Positions 1-9,635 of a stretch of 64,000 nucleotides of DNA are shown piece after piece (within the stretch, counting starts at the first letter, position 1; every line of letters starts with the position of its first letter). The notes beneath the pieces are model-generated. The model was not told where the DNA came from, ran no database searches, and saw nothing but the letters and a program-made list of their open reading frames with translations. The stretch covers positions 10,389 through 74,388 of the forward strand of contig CAZODQ010000004.1 in NCBI GenBank assembly GCA_964578625.1, read 5' to 3'. Origin of the DNA: an uncultured Actinomycetota bacterium (GTDB lineage Bacteria; Actinomycetota; Humimicrobiia; Humimicrobiales; Humimicrobiaceae). A program made the translations under genes and the position numbers.

Positions 1-1053
1 CTGCTGGTAAATAAGTTCAGGGGAGATATAAGTATTCTTAAACCGGGTAATGATTTTATATCCCGGAAATTGAAGGTCCCGGTAATCGGGACCATTCCAT
101 ACTATAAGGATATCTATATAGAAGAGGAAGATTCCGTAAATCTGGATCGTGAAAGGAGCAGAAAATCAATTTTAAATAATACCACAGGGAATGAGAGATA
201 CAGAAAGATAATAATCGGTGTAGTTTATCTTCCCCATATTTCTAATTTTACTGATTTTAATGCTTTTGAAATGGAAAAAGAAGTCAGCGTGATTTATATT
301 AAGGATAAAGAGGAGTTAAAAAAGTTAAATCCCCATATGATTATTATCCCGGGAAGTAAAAGCACTATAGGTGATCTGTTATATTTAAGAAGAGCCGGGC
401 TGGAGGAAGAAATCAAGAAGCAAAACCGGAATGGTTCAGTTGTATTTGGTGTATGCGGGGGCTTCCAGATATTGGGAAAAAAGATTGTAGATAAGTTTAA
501 AAGTGAGTCGCCTGATATTGAAAGTGTTAATGGTATGGGATTAATGGATATAAATACGGATTTTTTACAGCGTAAAAATACCTATCAGGTAGAATTTGAA
601 CTTAATAAAAATGTTTTTAAATTTAATTCAGAATTAAAACAGGCAGGCAGGAAAGTTACAGATGATAAAACGAAAACTATGAGAGGATATGAGATTCACA
701 TGGGTATATCCAAATCAACCGCTGGCAAGTCTAATAGGTTGATACCGCTTTTCAGGATAAAATCAAGGGGGGATAGCCAAGTAAATATTAATGATGGATT
801 CATGAAATTAAACGGCAGCACCGGCGGCACTGTATTTGGCTCTTATATTCATGGGATTTTTAATAACTATTTTGCCAGGAAGCTTATCCTTGATATGCTC
901 AGAAAAAGAAATAATATAAAATATAATAATGCTGTTGATGGATTCCCGTCATATGAAGTCTTTAAACAAAAACAGTATGACAGGCTGGCAAATATTTTTA
1001 GAGAAAATATGGATATGGAATTGTTTTATAGAATTCTGGGGTATGGATTATAA
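1..1053 (+). CDS. cbiP: cobyric acid synthase CobQ/CbiP, C-terminal portion (5' end lies outside the window)
   Basis: Frame 1 is open from base 1 (LLVNKFRGDISILKPG...PVIGTIPY). The GATase motif GVCGGFQILG and a CobQ-like C-terminal domain are present. The M at 70 in the ORF track is not the real start. Confidence 0.8.
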   Translation: MLVNKFRGDISILKPGNDFISRKLKVPVIGTIPYYKDIYIEEEDSVNLDRERSRKSILNNTTGNERYRKIIIGVVYLPHISNFTDFNAFEMEKEVSVIYIKDKEELKKLNPHMIIIPGSKSTIGDLLYLRRAGLEEEIKKQNRNGSVVFGVCGGFQILGKKIVDKFKSESPDIESVNGMGLMDINTDFLQRKNTYQVEFELNKNVFKFNSELKQAGRKVTDDKTKTMRGYEIHMGISKSTAGKSNRLIPLFRIKSRGDSQVNINDGFMKLNGSTGGTVFGSYIHGIFNNYFARKLILDMLRKRNNIKYNNAVDGFPSYEVFKQKQYDRLANIFRENMDMELFYRILGYGL

Positions 1054-1081
1054 TAAGATTAAAATTCTAATAGAAACTTAG

Positions 1082-1678
1082 GTGGGAATGGGTTTAAAAA
1101 AGAAAAGCAGCTGCTCGAATAAATACAGTGACCGGAAAAATCCTAAAGAGGGCCTGGTATTGATAAATACCGGGGATGGAAAGGGTAAGACGACGGCTGC
1201 TCTGGGATTGGCGTTAAGAGCCGCAGGTCATAATATGAAGGTCTTGATATTGCAGTTTATTAAAAATGACCATATGAACGGTGAAGCAAGGATTATTACG
1301 GAAAGGTTAAAGCCCTTGATTGATATTGAGCGGCTGGGAAAAGGATTTATAAGATTTAAAGACGGTAAGCCGGCACCGACCGGTATACAGATAAAGAATG
1401 CCGGAGATTCTTTTAAATATGCAAAAGAAAAAATCTACAGCGGTGAGTACGATATAATTATTCTGGATGAGATAAATAATATGATAAGTTACGGTCTCTT
1501 AAAGGTGGAAGAAGTAATGGAAATAATAAAAAGTAAGCCGAAAGGACTTTGCCTGGTGCTTACCGGAAGAAATGCTCCTTTAGAGCTTATAGACAGTGCT
1601 GATACGGTGACCGAGATGAAGGAGATAAAGCATGCTTTCAGAAAAGGTATAAAGGCAAGGAAGGGTATTGAATACTGA
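1082..1678 (+). CDS. cobO: corrinoid adenosyltransferase CobO/BtuR family
   Basis: Motif LINTGDGKGKTTAALGLALRAAGH...ILQFIKN is typical of cob(I)yrinic acid a,c-diamide adenosyltransferase. It lies next to cbiP. Confidence 0.8.
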   Translation: MGMGLKKKSSCSNKYSDRKNPKEGLVLINTGDGKGKTTAALGLALRAAGHNMKVLILQFIKNDHMNGEARIITERLKPLIDIERLGKGFIRFKDGKPAPTGIQIKNAGDSFKYAKEKIYSGEYDIIILDEINNMISYGLLKVEEVMEIIKSKPKGLCLVLTGRNAPLELIDSADTVTEMKEIKHAFRKGIKARKGIEY

Positions 1679-1754
1679 GTACCGGAAGCATATTGGATTA
1701 TTGGTAAAGATACGATTAAAAAAGCTATTTTAGTTAAGAAGGGAAATCATTAAT

Positions 1755-1946
1755 ATGGAATGCAACAAAGAAAGGAATTTAAAAAATTGTAACTGTACTT
1801 ATGAACCCTGTTCAAGAAAAGGCATATGCTGTGATTGTATAGCTTACCACAGGAAGCTGGGTGAACTCCCGGCTTGCTATTTTGACCGGAATGCGGAAAG
1901 GACATATGATAGATCCATTGAATACTTTATTAAATTGAACAGGTAA
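1755..1946 (+). CDS. small cysteine-rich protein (CNC..C..CCDC pattern), possible metal-binding
   Basis: 63 aa with 8 Cys, next to the cobalamin genes. No family assigned. Confidence 0.45.
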   Translation: MECNKERNLKNCNCTYEPCSRKGICCDCIAYHRKLGELPACYFDRNAERTYDRSIEYFIKLNR

Positions 1947-1994
1947 TAAAGTATTAAATGCTAATAAATCTTTTAAACAGAAGTATAGAAGTAT

Positions 1995-2525
1995 ATGACA
2001 ATATATATAAATAAATCAAAATTCACGACAAAAATAGGCGTTATGTATTATTTGTGGAAGTATACAGGTAATAGTTTAACAGTTTTATATCTCGGGATTG
2101 GAAGAGGAACTTTCCTGCATTATATAAAAAAAATTGAAAATAACAGTAGAAATACTGATAAGTTTTTTTTAACCGGCAAAAAATCAGTAGATATCGAGAA
2201 TAGGATTTCCAGTTATCTGGATGGCAAAATAAAAAATTTAAATTTAAAAATCGAGTTTTTAAATGGTACAGAATTTCAGAAAATAATATGGAATACTGCT
2301 GTTACCGTACCGTACGGAAAGACAGCAAGTTATAAGGAGCTGGCAGATATATCCGGATACAGTAAGGCCTGGAGGGCAGTAGGTACAGCATTAAAAAATA
2401 ATCCCATAATACTGGCAGTACCATGCCACAGAGTTATAAATCAAAACGGTAAAATAAGCAAATTTATAGTAGGGGAAAAGGTAAAGAGATTTTTATTGGA
2501 TCTGGAGAAATCATTTAAAAAATAA
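1995..2525 (+). CDS. ogt: methylated-DNA-protein-cysteine methyltransferase (Ogt/MGMT)
   Basis: Active-site motif VPCHRVIN in the C-terminal domain. The N-terminus may start at a later ATG. Confidence 0.75.
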   Translation: MTIYINKSKFTTKIGVMYYLWKYTGNSLTVLYLGIGRGTFLHYIKKIENNSRNTDKFFLTGKKSVDIENRISSYLDGKIKNLNLKIEFLNGTEFQKIIWNTAVTVPYGKTASYKELADISGYSKAWRAVGTALKNNPIILAVPCHRVINQNGKISKFIVGEKVKRFLLDLEKSFKK

Positions 2526-2582
2526 GGTAAGGTAAAACATTTTAAAGGCAAGGGATTTTAATAAGAAATAAGGGGGGTTAAA

Positions 2583-2885
2583 ATGGGTGGTTTTTTGGAA
2601 AACCTGAAGAAGTCCTTAACTGCACAAACAGGAGATTCTGGTTCTGACTTTATTACTTTTAAAGTGAAATGCGACAGATGTAATGAAGAAATCACAGTAA
2701 AAATAAGAAAAAATAGCGACATATCCCGGATTAGTATAGGAGAAGGCCCGCAGGGCTCAGAGTATTTTTTAAGAAAGGAAATACTTGGAGAGAAATGCAG
2801 CAATCTAATATCTATTGAAGTTTATTTCGGAAGTGGTTATTTTGTTATTTCAAAGGAAATTAGCGGCGGAAAATTTGTCGAGTAG
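2583..2885 (+). CDS. hypothetical protein
   Basis: 100-aa ORF with an RBS-like GGGGGG upstream. No recognisable motif. Confidence 0.35.
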   Translation: MGGFLENLKKSLTAQTGDSGSDFITFKVKCDRCNEEITVKIRKNSDISRISIGEGPQGSEYFLRKEILGEKCSNLISIEVYFGSGYFVISKEISGGKFVE

Positions 2886-2959
2886 CGCATAGATAAATAT
2901 TTTTTTTATGTTACAATCTAATGGTATTATTATGATTTTTACCGGGGAAATTTTAAAAG

Positions 2960-3745
2960 ATGAGCTTCTCTAAAAATTTAAGCGTGGTTGTTCTTGCTGC
3001 TGGTAAAGGTAAAAGAATGAAGTCAGGGATTCCAAAAGTACTTCATCAAGTATCCGGTAAACCAATGCTCTACTATATACTATCTTTAGCTGGTAAATTA
3101 AATCCTAAAAACATATTTGCGGTTATCGGTTATAAAGGAGAGCTAGTCAGTAATTATATTAAAAGTGAATTCCCGGAAGTCAAGACCATTGTTCAGCAAG
3201 AGCAGCTGGGTACTGCTCATGCTGTTTCTGTGTTAAAAAAACAAAAAGAGGATTTAGGAGAAGACATTTTAATAGTCCCCGGCGACTGTCCGTTGATTAA
3301 TCTAAACACGTTGAAGAAATTAGTTGAAAATAAAACTGCTTCCGGCAGTTCAGCCTGTATCATCACTTCACTGGTATCTGACCCGGAAGGGTATGGCAGA
3401 ATTATAAAAGATAAAAATGGAAATATTATAAAAATAGTTGAGGAAACTGATGCCAGTGCTGAGGAGAAAAAAATAAATGAGGTCAATTCTTCATTTTATT
3501 GTTTTAATAGCGAGTCCCTGTTTAAAAATATTGAAAAAATCAACAGGCGGAACATTCAAAAGGAATATTATCTGACTGATATTATTGAAGTTTTGATAAA
3601 AAATGGTGAAGAGGTATGCTGTTTTGAAGTTGCAGACTATAGAGAAGTTATGGGTATAAATAATATGATTCAGCTTACTGAAGTGGAAAACATTATGCAG
3701 AAAAAAATAGGCAGGGATTTAATGAAAAATGGAGTTGCAAGATAA
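2960..3745 (+). CDS. sugar-1-phosphate nucleotidyltransferase, GlmU N-terminal-domain-like, lacks the LbH acetyltransferase domain
   Basis: VVVLAAGKGKRMKSGIPKVLH nucleotidyltransferase signature. Only 261 aa. It occupies the gcaD/glmU position upstream of prs. Confidence 0.75.
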   Translation: MSFSKNLSVVVLAAGKGKRMKSGIPKVLHQVSGKPMLYYILSLAGKLNPKNIFAVIGYKGELVSNYIKSEFPEVKTIVQQEQLGTAHAVSVLKKQKEDLGEDILIVPGDCPLINLNTLKKLVENKTASGSSACIITSLVSDPEGYGRIIKDKNGNIIKIVEETDASAEEKKINEVNSSFYCFNSESLFKNIEKINRRNIQKEYYLTDIIEVLIKNGEEVCCFEVADYREVMGINNMIQLTEVENIMQKKIGRDLMKNGVAR

Positions 3746-3788
3746 TAAGATAAAAATAAAAAAAATATAAAGGAGTAAATAATTTATA

Positions 3789-4766
3789 ATGGGGGGTATA
3801 AAAGAAAATTTAATCAACAGGAGAATGATGCTGTTTTCGGGTTCTTCTTTTCCCAAACTTACCAATATGATTGCAGGAGAACTGGGAATAACTGCTGGAA
3901 GAGTTACCAGAAATAAGTTCAGCAATGGTGAAATCTATATAAAGTTTGATGAGAGTGTTAGGGGTGCAGAAGTATTTGTAGTGCAGACGTGTTGCGAGCC
4001 AATAAATGATAATATAATGGAATTACTTATAATGATAGATGCACTGAAGAGAGCTTCCGCAGCAATGATAAACGCTGTAATTCCCCATTATGGTTATGCA
4101 CGTCAGGATAAAAAGGCAGAAGGAAGAGAACCAATAACTGCGAAATTATTTGCAAACCTGCTTTCTATAGCAGGAATGGACAGAGCCATACTCGTTGATC
4201 TGCATGCTGCGACTATACAGGGATTCTTTGATGTACCAGTCGATCATGTCACTGCTATACCTATAATAGACAAATATTTTAAAGATAAAAATATCAAGAA
4301 TGGTGTTGTAGTAAGTCCGGATGTAGGTGGTGTAAAAAGGGCAAGCATCTTTGCAAGAAGACTGCATTTTCCTCTTGCTATATTGCATAAAAGAAGACCC
4401 ACTCCCAATAAAGCAGAAATAGAGCATATAGTAGGAGATGTGGAAGGAAAGGAAGCTATAATATTTGATGACATAATAGATACCGGAGATACACTTCTCA
4501 AAGCTGTTGATATGCTTCTCAGGCATAAGGCAAAGAAGATCTATGTCGGTGCAACACATCCGATTTTTTCCGGTGATGCAGTAAAAAGATTAGAAAAATC
4601 TGCGATTGAAGAGCTTGTGGTGATGGATACTATTCCCTTTAAAAACAAAGGCAGCTCAAATAAAATAAAAGTATTATCCATTGCTTCTCTGCTTGCAAAA
4701 ACAATAAAAAAAGTTTATCATTGCAAGTCGGTAAGCGAGTTGTTTAAAGGTGAAAATTTGGTCTAA
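3789..4766 (+). CDS. prs: ribose-phosphate pyrophosphokinase
   Basis: DLHAATIQGFFDVPVDH and PDVGGVKRA motifs. The start may be the internal MMLFSGSS. Confidence 0.9.
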   Translation: MGGIKENLINRRMMLFSGSSFPKLTNMIAGELGITAGRVTRNKFSNGEIYIKFDESVRGAEVFVVQTCCEPINDNIMELLIMIDALKRASAAMINAVIPHYGYARQDKKAEGREPITAKLFANLLSIAGMDRAILVDLHAATIQGFFDVPVDHVTAIPIIDKYFKDKNIKNGVVVSPDVGGVKRASIFARRLHFPLAILHKRRPTPNKAEIEHIVGDVEGKEAIIFDDIIDTGDTLLKAVDMLLRHKAKKIYVGATHPIFSGDAVKRLEKSAIEELVVMDTIPFKNKGSSNKIKVLSIASLLAKTIKKVYHCKSVSELFKGENLV

Positions 4767-4786
4767 TTTTTAAAATATCAAGGTGG

Positions 4787-5557
4787 GTGCGGATATATAT
4801 GGAAAATATAGCGTTAGTAGTAGAAAAAAGAGATAAAAATGAAATAAAAAATAAGGCTTCAAGAAGATTGGGAGCTAAAAATTATATACCTGCTATTATA
4901 TATGGATTAAATAAAGAGCCGGTCAGCATTAAGGTAAAAGAAATGGAATTTAAAAGTCTGCTTAAGGGCAAAAGTATATTCAGCATGATTTTCAATATGC
5001 AAGTAGATGGTTCAAAAAAGAATACCAAAGAAACTGTTCTTATAAAAGAATTTCAGAGGGACCCTATAACTAGAGAGTTTCTTCACCTGGATTTTTTAAG
5101 GATAAAGATGGAGAACGAGATTGAAACCAGTATCCCGATCCATATTATTAATGAAGAAATAGCCATAGGAGTTAAAGAGGGCGGCGGTGTCCTACAGCAC
5201 GGTTTAAGGGAACTTCATATCTCCTGTCTCCCGAAAGATATTCCGGAATATATTGAATATGATATAAAGAATCTGGATATGGGTATAACAGTCAGAGTTT
5301 CGGATGTCGAGGTTCCTAATGAAATCAGGATATTAAATGACCCTGAAGAAGTAGTGGTTTCAATAATCCACCCAACTCAGCTGAAGGAAGAAGAATTAGT
5401 TACTGAAGAAGAAGCTGAAGAAGAGATTGTTGAGCCTGAAGTAATCGGTAAGGAGAAAGAGGAACCTGAAGAGGAAGGGAAGGAACAATCGAAGGAAGAA
5501 GGGCACAAGAAGGAAGAAGGGCACAAGAAGGAAAAAGGTTCCAAGGAAAAACAATAA
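4787..5557 (+). CDS. rplY: ribosomal protein L25 / general stress protein Ctc with a long acidic then basic low-complexity C-terminal tail
   Basis: L25/Ctc fold conserved in the N-terminal 200 aa. The tail contains a KEEGHK duplication. Position prs-ctc-pth matches B. subtilis. Confidence 0.8.
   Translation: MRIYMENIALVVEKRDKNEIKNKASRRLGAKNYIPAIIYGLNKEPVSIKVKEMEFKSLLKGKSIFSMIFNMQVDGSKKNTKETVLIKEFQRDPITREFLHLDFLRIKMENEIETSIPIHIINEEIAIGVKEGGGVLQHGLRELHISCLPKDIPEYIEYDIKNLDMGITVRVSDVEVPNEIRILNDPEEVVVSIIHPTQLKEEELVTEEEAEEEIVEPEVIGKEKEEPEEEGKEQSKEEGHKKEEGHKKEKGSKEKQ
5491..5526 (+). repeat. 18-nt tandem duplication (x2) inside the rplY tail, encoding KEEGHK-KEEGHK
   Basis: aaggaagaagggcacaag repeated directly. 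Confidence 0.7.
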
Positions 5558-5559
5558 TC

Positions 5560-6117
5560 ATGGTTTTAATCGTAGGACTTGGCAATCCTGGAAAAAGTTA
5601 TGAATTTACTAGGCATAATATAGGGTTCAGAATTGTTGACAAAATAGCAGACAGTTTTGAGAAAAAGAAAATTTACCGCAAATTTAATTCTTCGGCAGCA
5701 GAATCTACATATAACAGAAAAAAGATAATACTTTTGAAACCTCAAACTTTCATGAATAACTCAGGTGCTGCGGTTGCTTTATGCTGTAAGTTCTTTGGGA
5801 AAAGAATAAATTCTATACTTGTGATTCATGATGATATTGATATTGAATCTGGGGAAATCAAGATGAAATCGGGTGGAAATACCGGGGGGCATAAAGGTCT
5901 TGAATCAATAGTAAAAAAGCTTAAGAATTATGATTTTGACCGGCTGCGTTTTGGTGTGGGAAGGCCTCACGGGAGGCAGGATCCGGCTGATTATGTGCTC
6001 GATGAGTTTAGGAAAAGTGAAAGAGAAGAAGTTGAGATTGGCATAATGAGATCACTGAATATGGTAAGAGATTACCTAAAAGAAGGTATCGAATATACCA
6101 TGAACAAATACAACTAA
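5560..6117 (+). CDS. pth: peptidyl-tRNA hydrolase
   Basis: N-terminus MVLIVGLGNPGKSYEFTRHNIGF. Confidence 0.9.
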   Translation: MVLIVGLGNPGKSYEFTRHNIGFRIVDKIADSFEKKKIYRKFNSSAAESTYNRKKIILLKPQTFMNNSGAAVALCCKFFGKRINSILVIHDDIDIESGEIKMKSGGNTGGHKGLESIVKKLKNYDFDRLRFGVGRPHGRQDPADYVLDEFRKSEREEVEIGIMRSLNMVRDYLKEGIEYTMNKYN

Positions 6118-6238
6118 TAGAATCCTGATTTACAGCATTTTTTTTATTTCCGATATTATCTTCTTATTATCCTTATATCTTAATTATTTTTTTATATAAT
6201 TATTAGTTGCAGAAGTTATTAAATGATGGAAGTCTGAA

Positions 6239-9200
6239 ATGTTTTTGGAAAATTTTATAGGTGAAAAGCAGTGGCGGCAGTTTGTAGAATATTATGAAAA
6301 GAAAAAAACTGTATGTAAAAGAAGAGATGACAGCAGTGCCGATACTCTTATTGCAGATGAAGATATCTGGCCTTTTATAATCGGTGCTTTCCTGAAGGAA
6401 GTCAGCATCCCTGTTCTGGTAATCACATCGACGCTGGAAAGAGCCTGTGAGCTGGAAAATGAAATAAATTGTATTGTTCCCGAGGTTAAGATTTTAAATT
6501 TTACAAGCCTGGGCAACAATATTTTCTATAAAAATAAAATTACATCTCCAGAGAACCTTGCAGGAAGGCTAAGGACTCTTAAAAACTTAATGGAAAGCAA
6601 CAGTTCCAACTGCCCCTTTTTTATAATTGCTCCCAGTAATTCTTTAATAAATTTAATGCCGTCCTCGAAAGTGGGTAAACTGAAAAGTATAAGGATCAAA
6701 GCAAAAAGTGAGTATGACAGGGATATGATAATAGACAGATTTATTAGCAGCGGATATGAAAGAGTAAGCCGGGTTTATGACAGAGGGGAATTTAGTATAA
6801 GAGGTGAAGTAATTGATATTTTTGATGTTACGGGTGAAAATCCTGCAAGGATTGATTTTTTCGGAGACGAAATAGAGAAAATATTTTTTTATGATGTTTT
6901 AAATCAAAAACTTATAAAGGAAATAAATAAAATCTCAGTTTTCCCAAATATAAATCCCTGGGAAATAAAACAAACAGACAGCAGAAAAATACCTGAAAAA
7001 ATGATTTCCTTTATAGATCTATTGAAGCAGTGTATAAACCGGTTTGCTGTTATATTATGCGATCCGTTAGAGATTTATCTGAAAGTAAAAAGTGATATCG
7101 ATATTCTTGGCAGGGTATTTGATAGAGATAAAGATATCCTGGTAACAGCCAGAAGAGATATTATCAGCTCCTATCTGGCGGCAGAGGATTTTCTTGAAAG
7201 AGAGGATTTTTACCTGAAATTAAATGTGGTTTCCACCAAACAGCAGGCCGGAAACGGAAGTGAATTTAATCTCGGACATATAACCAGGCAGAAAAAAAGT
7301 TTGGGTAACTCTGCTGTTTTTATAGACAATATAAAAAAGGATATAAAGAGCAGCAGAAGGATTATTATCTCTATTGAAAGAAGCGAGAGGAGAAAGAAAG
7401 TAGAAGAGTTGTTATTAAATAATTCCTTATCCTTCAGCTATTTAAAAGCAGGATCTAAAGTCAAATTTAATTTACTAAAGTCGGGGGTTATAGGTATTTT
7501 GGACAGCAGGTTGTACAGGGGTTACGAGTCTAAAAATTTCTCATTGTACGGAGAACTGGATATCTATGAGCAAATGCTTTATGAGGCATTTGAAAAAAGG
7601 ATATCTGCGGGTAAAGATTTTGACTATTTTAAATCTGGAGATTATGTAGTCCATAAAAATCATGGTATAGGAAAATACATTGATATTGTATCAAAACAAA
7701 CAGACGGGCATAAGAGAGAATATTTTTTAATAGAATATGCGAATAATGACAGGCTGTATGTTCCGACCTGGCAGGCTGACAGGATAAGCAGGTATATCGG
7801 AGCAAAAAATCCTATAATAACTACACTTGATTCCAGGCAATGGAATAATCTTAAAAGGAGGGTCAGGAAATCGGTCCAAAATCTTGCTATTGACCTTGCT
7901 AAATTGTATGCAGAAAGAGAATCTACGAGCGGTTATGCTTTTCCGGCGGATAGCCCATGGCAAAAGGAGATAGAAGACTTATTTCCATTTACGGAAACTC
8001 CCGATCAGATTAAAGCTATAGATTATGTAAAAAATGCCCTCCAAAAACCCAAACCAATGGATTTACTGCTGATAGGGGATGTAGGATTCGGCAAGACCGA
8101 AGTAGCTGTAAGAGCAGCTTTTAAAGTCATAGAGGATGGAAAGCAGGTCATGATGCTGGTTCCAACAACGATTCTTGCTGACCAGCATTACCAGACTTTC
8201 AGCCAGCGTTACAAGAACTACCCTGTTGTCCTGGAAGTATTGAGCAGATTCAGGGTCAGAAAAAAACAGAAGGATATAGTTGATGATTTTAATAACGGCA
8301 AAATAGATATGATAATAGGAACACACCGCATTCTCCAGAAAGATATAAAACCCAGAGATCTTGGACTTATAATAATTGATGAAGAGCAGAGATTTGGTGT
8401 CAACAGCAAGGAAAAGATAAAGTTGCTGAAAACCAGGGTGGATGTATTGACCCTGAGTGCTACTCCTATTCCCAGGACACTGTATATATCTCTGGCAGGA
8501 GTAAGGGATATTATATTGATCGAAACTTATCCTGAGGGAAGAAATCCTATAGAAACTTTTATAAGTAAGACTGATTATACGGTTATAAAAAGAGCTGTGG
8601 AGAGAGAAATAAGCAGAGGCGGGCAGGTGTACTATGTGTATAACAGAATAACAGGTATAGATAATAAAAAAAATCAGTTGCAGAAGTTAATCCCGGAAGC
8701 AAGAATAGCTTTGACCCATGGACGTATGGAGGGCAGCAGGATTGAAAAAATAATGAGTGATTTTATAGGTAAAAAGTATGATATACTACTTACCACCTCA
8801 ATAATAGAATCAGGGATGGATATTGCCAATGTCAATACATTGATTGTGGAAGATTCGCATTTGTTTGGTCTCTCCCAGCTTTATCAATTGAGAGGCAGGG
8901 TTGGCAGGTCTTCCGAGAGGGCTTATTCCTATTTCTTCTACCCACATAAAGCAAGTATAAGTTTTACTGCATTTCAGAGACTTAAAACCTTGGCCGAATA
9001 TACTGACCTCGGTTCGGGATATAATGTAGCATTAAGGGATCTGGAAATAAGAGGGGCGGGGGAAATACTGGGTCCGAGACAGCATGGTCATATAAACAGT
9101 GTAGGTTTCGATATGTACTGCCAGATAATCAATGAAGAAATTGAAAAACTCAAGGGCAACAAAGTAGAAGAGGATATAAACATCCAAATAGACCTGCCTG

Positions 9201-9607
9201 TGAGCGCCTATATTCCAAGAAATTATATTGAAAGTGAGAGAGACAGGGTCAATATCTATAAAGTGCTGGGAAATGCCGAAAGTATTGAAAACATAGATAA
9301 GATTAGAGAGAGAATGATTTCAAAATATAAGAAAGCGCCACCAGTAGTAGAGAACCTTATAAATATAGCAAAAATAAAGTATTTGCTTAGGAAAGCAAAG
9401 ATAGAAAAGCTTTTTTTATCCAGAAAAAAGGGAATTATTTTAAAAAAAGTGGATATATGCCAGAGTAAGGCTGCGGAAATAAGTAAAAAGAATAGAGACC
9501 TATTCTATGAGCCGGTACCGAAACAAATTGTAATAAAAAAAGTCCAAAGAGATATTGATTTAGGTTTAGTGTTAAGCAATCTAAATGATATAATAAGTCT
9601 AATATAA
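6239..9607 (+). CDS. mfd: transcription-repair coupling factor
   Basis: 1122 aa with helicase motifs GDVGFGKTEVA, DEEQRFGV and a TRG-like C-terminus. Downstream of pth as in Firmicutes. Confidence 0.9.
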   Translation: MFLENFIGEKQWRQFVEYYEKKKTVCKRRDDSSADTLIADEDIWPFIIGAFLKEVSIPVLVITSTLERACELENEINCIVPEVKILNFTSLGNNIFYKNKITSPENLAGRLRTLKNLMESNSSNCPFFIIAPSNSLINLMPSSKVGKLKSIRIKAKSEYDRDMIIDRFISSGYERVSRVYDRGEFSIRGEVIDIFDVTGENPARIDFFGDEIEKIFFYDVLNQKLIKEINKISVFPNINPWEIKQTDSRKIPEKMISFIDLLKQCINRFAVILCDPLEIYLKVKSDIDILGRVFDRDKDILVTARRDIISSYLAAEDFLEREDFYLKLNVVSTKQQAGNGSEFNLGHITRQKKSLGNSAVFIDNIKKDIKSSRRIIISIERSERRKKVEELLLNNSLSFSYLKAGSKVKFNLLKSGVIGILDSRLYRGYESKNFSLYGELDIYEQMLYEAFEKRISAGKDFDYFKSGDYVVHKNHGIGKYIDIVSKQTDGHKREYFLIEYANNDRLYVPTWQADRISRYIGAKNPIITTLDSRQWNNLKRRVRKSVQNLAIDLAKLYAERESTSGYAFPADSPWQKEIEDLFPFTETPDQIKAIDYVKNALQKPKPMDLLLIGDVGFGKTEVAVRAAFKVIEDGKQVMMLVPTTILADQHYQTFSQRYKNYPVVLEVLSRFRVRKKQKDIVDDFNNGKIDMIIGTHRILQKDIKPRDLGLIIIDEEQRFGVNSKEKIKLLKTRVDVLTLSATPIPRTLYISLAGVRDIILIETYPEGRNPIETFISKTDYTVIKRAVEREISRGGQVYYVYNRITGIDNKKNQLQKLIPEARIALTHGRMEGSRIEKIMSDFIGKKYDILLTTSIIESGMDIANVNTLIVEDSHLFGLSQLYQLRGRVGRSSERAYSYFFYPHKASISFTAFQRLKTLAEYTDLGSGYNVALRDLEIRGAGEILGPRQHGHINSVGFDMYCQIINEEIEKLKGNKVEEDINIQIDLPVSAYIPRNYIESERDRVNIYKVLGNAESIENIDKIRERMISKYKKAPPVVENLINIAKIKYLLRKAKIEKLFLSRKKGIILKKVDICQSKAAEISKKNRDLFYEPVPKQIVIKKVQRDIDLGLVLSNLNDIISLI

Positions 9608-9635
9608 AATTAGACTGTAAGAAAGAAGGTAGGGG

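Noticed and set aside
70-1053. ORF-track start at 70 (MKVPVIG) for the first gene
   Set aside because: Frame 1 is open from nucleotide 1 and the upstream residues (LLVNKFRGDISILKPG) are conserved CobQ sequence. The gene is truncated by the window edge, not started at 70.
4146-4559. Antisense ORFs inside prs (4146-4559, 4244-4501) and similar internal antisense ORFs in mfd, ktrA/ktrB, hydrogenase and FeoB regions
   Set aside because: They are fully embedded in well-supported genes on the opposite strand, with no independent signals.
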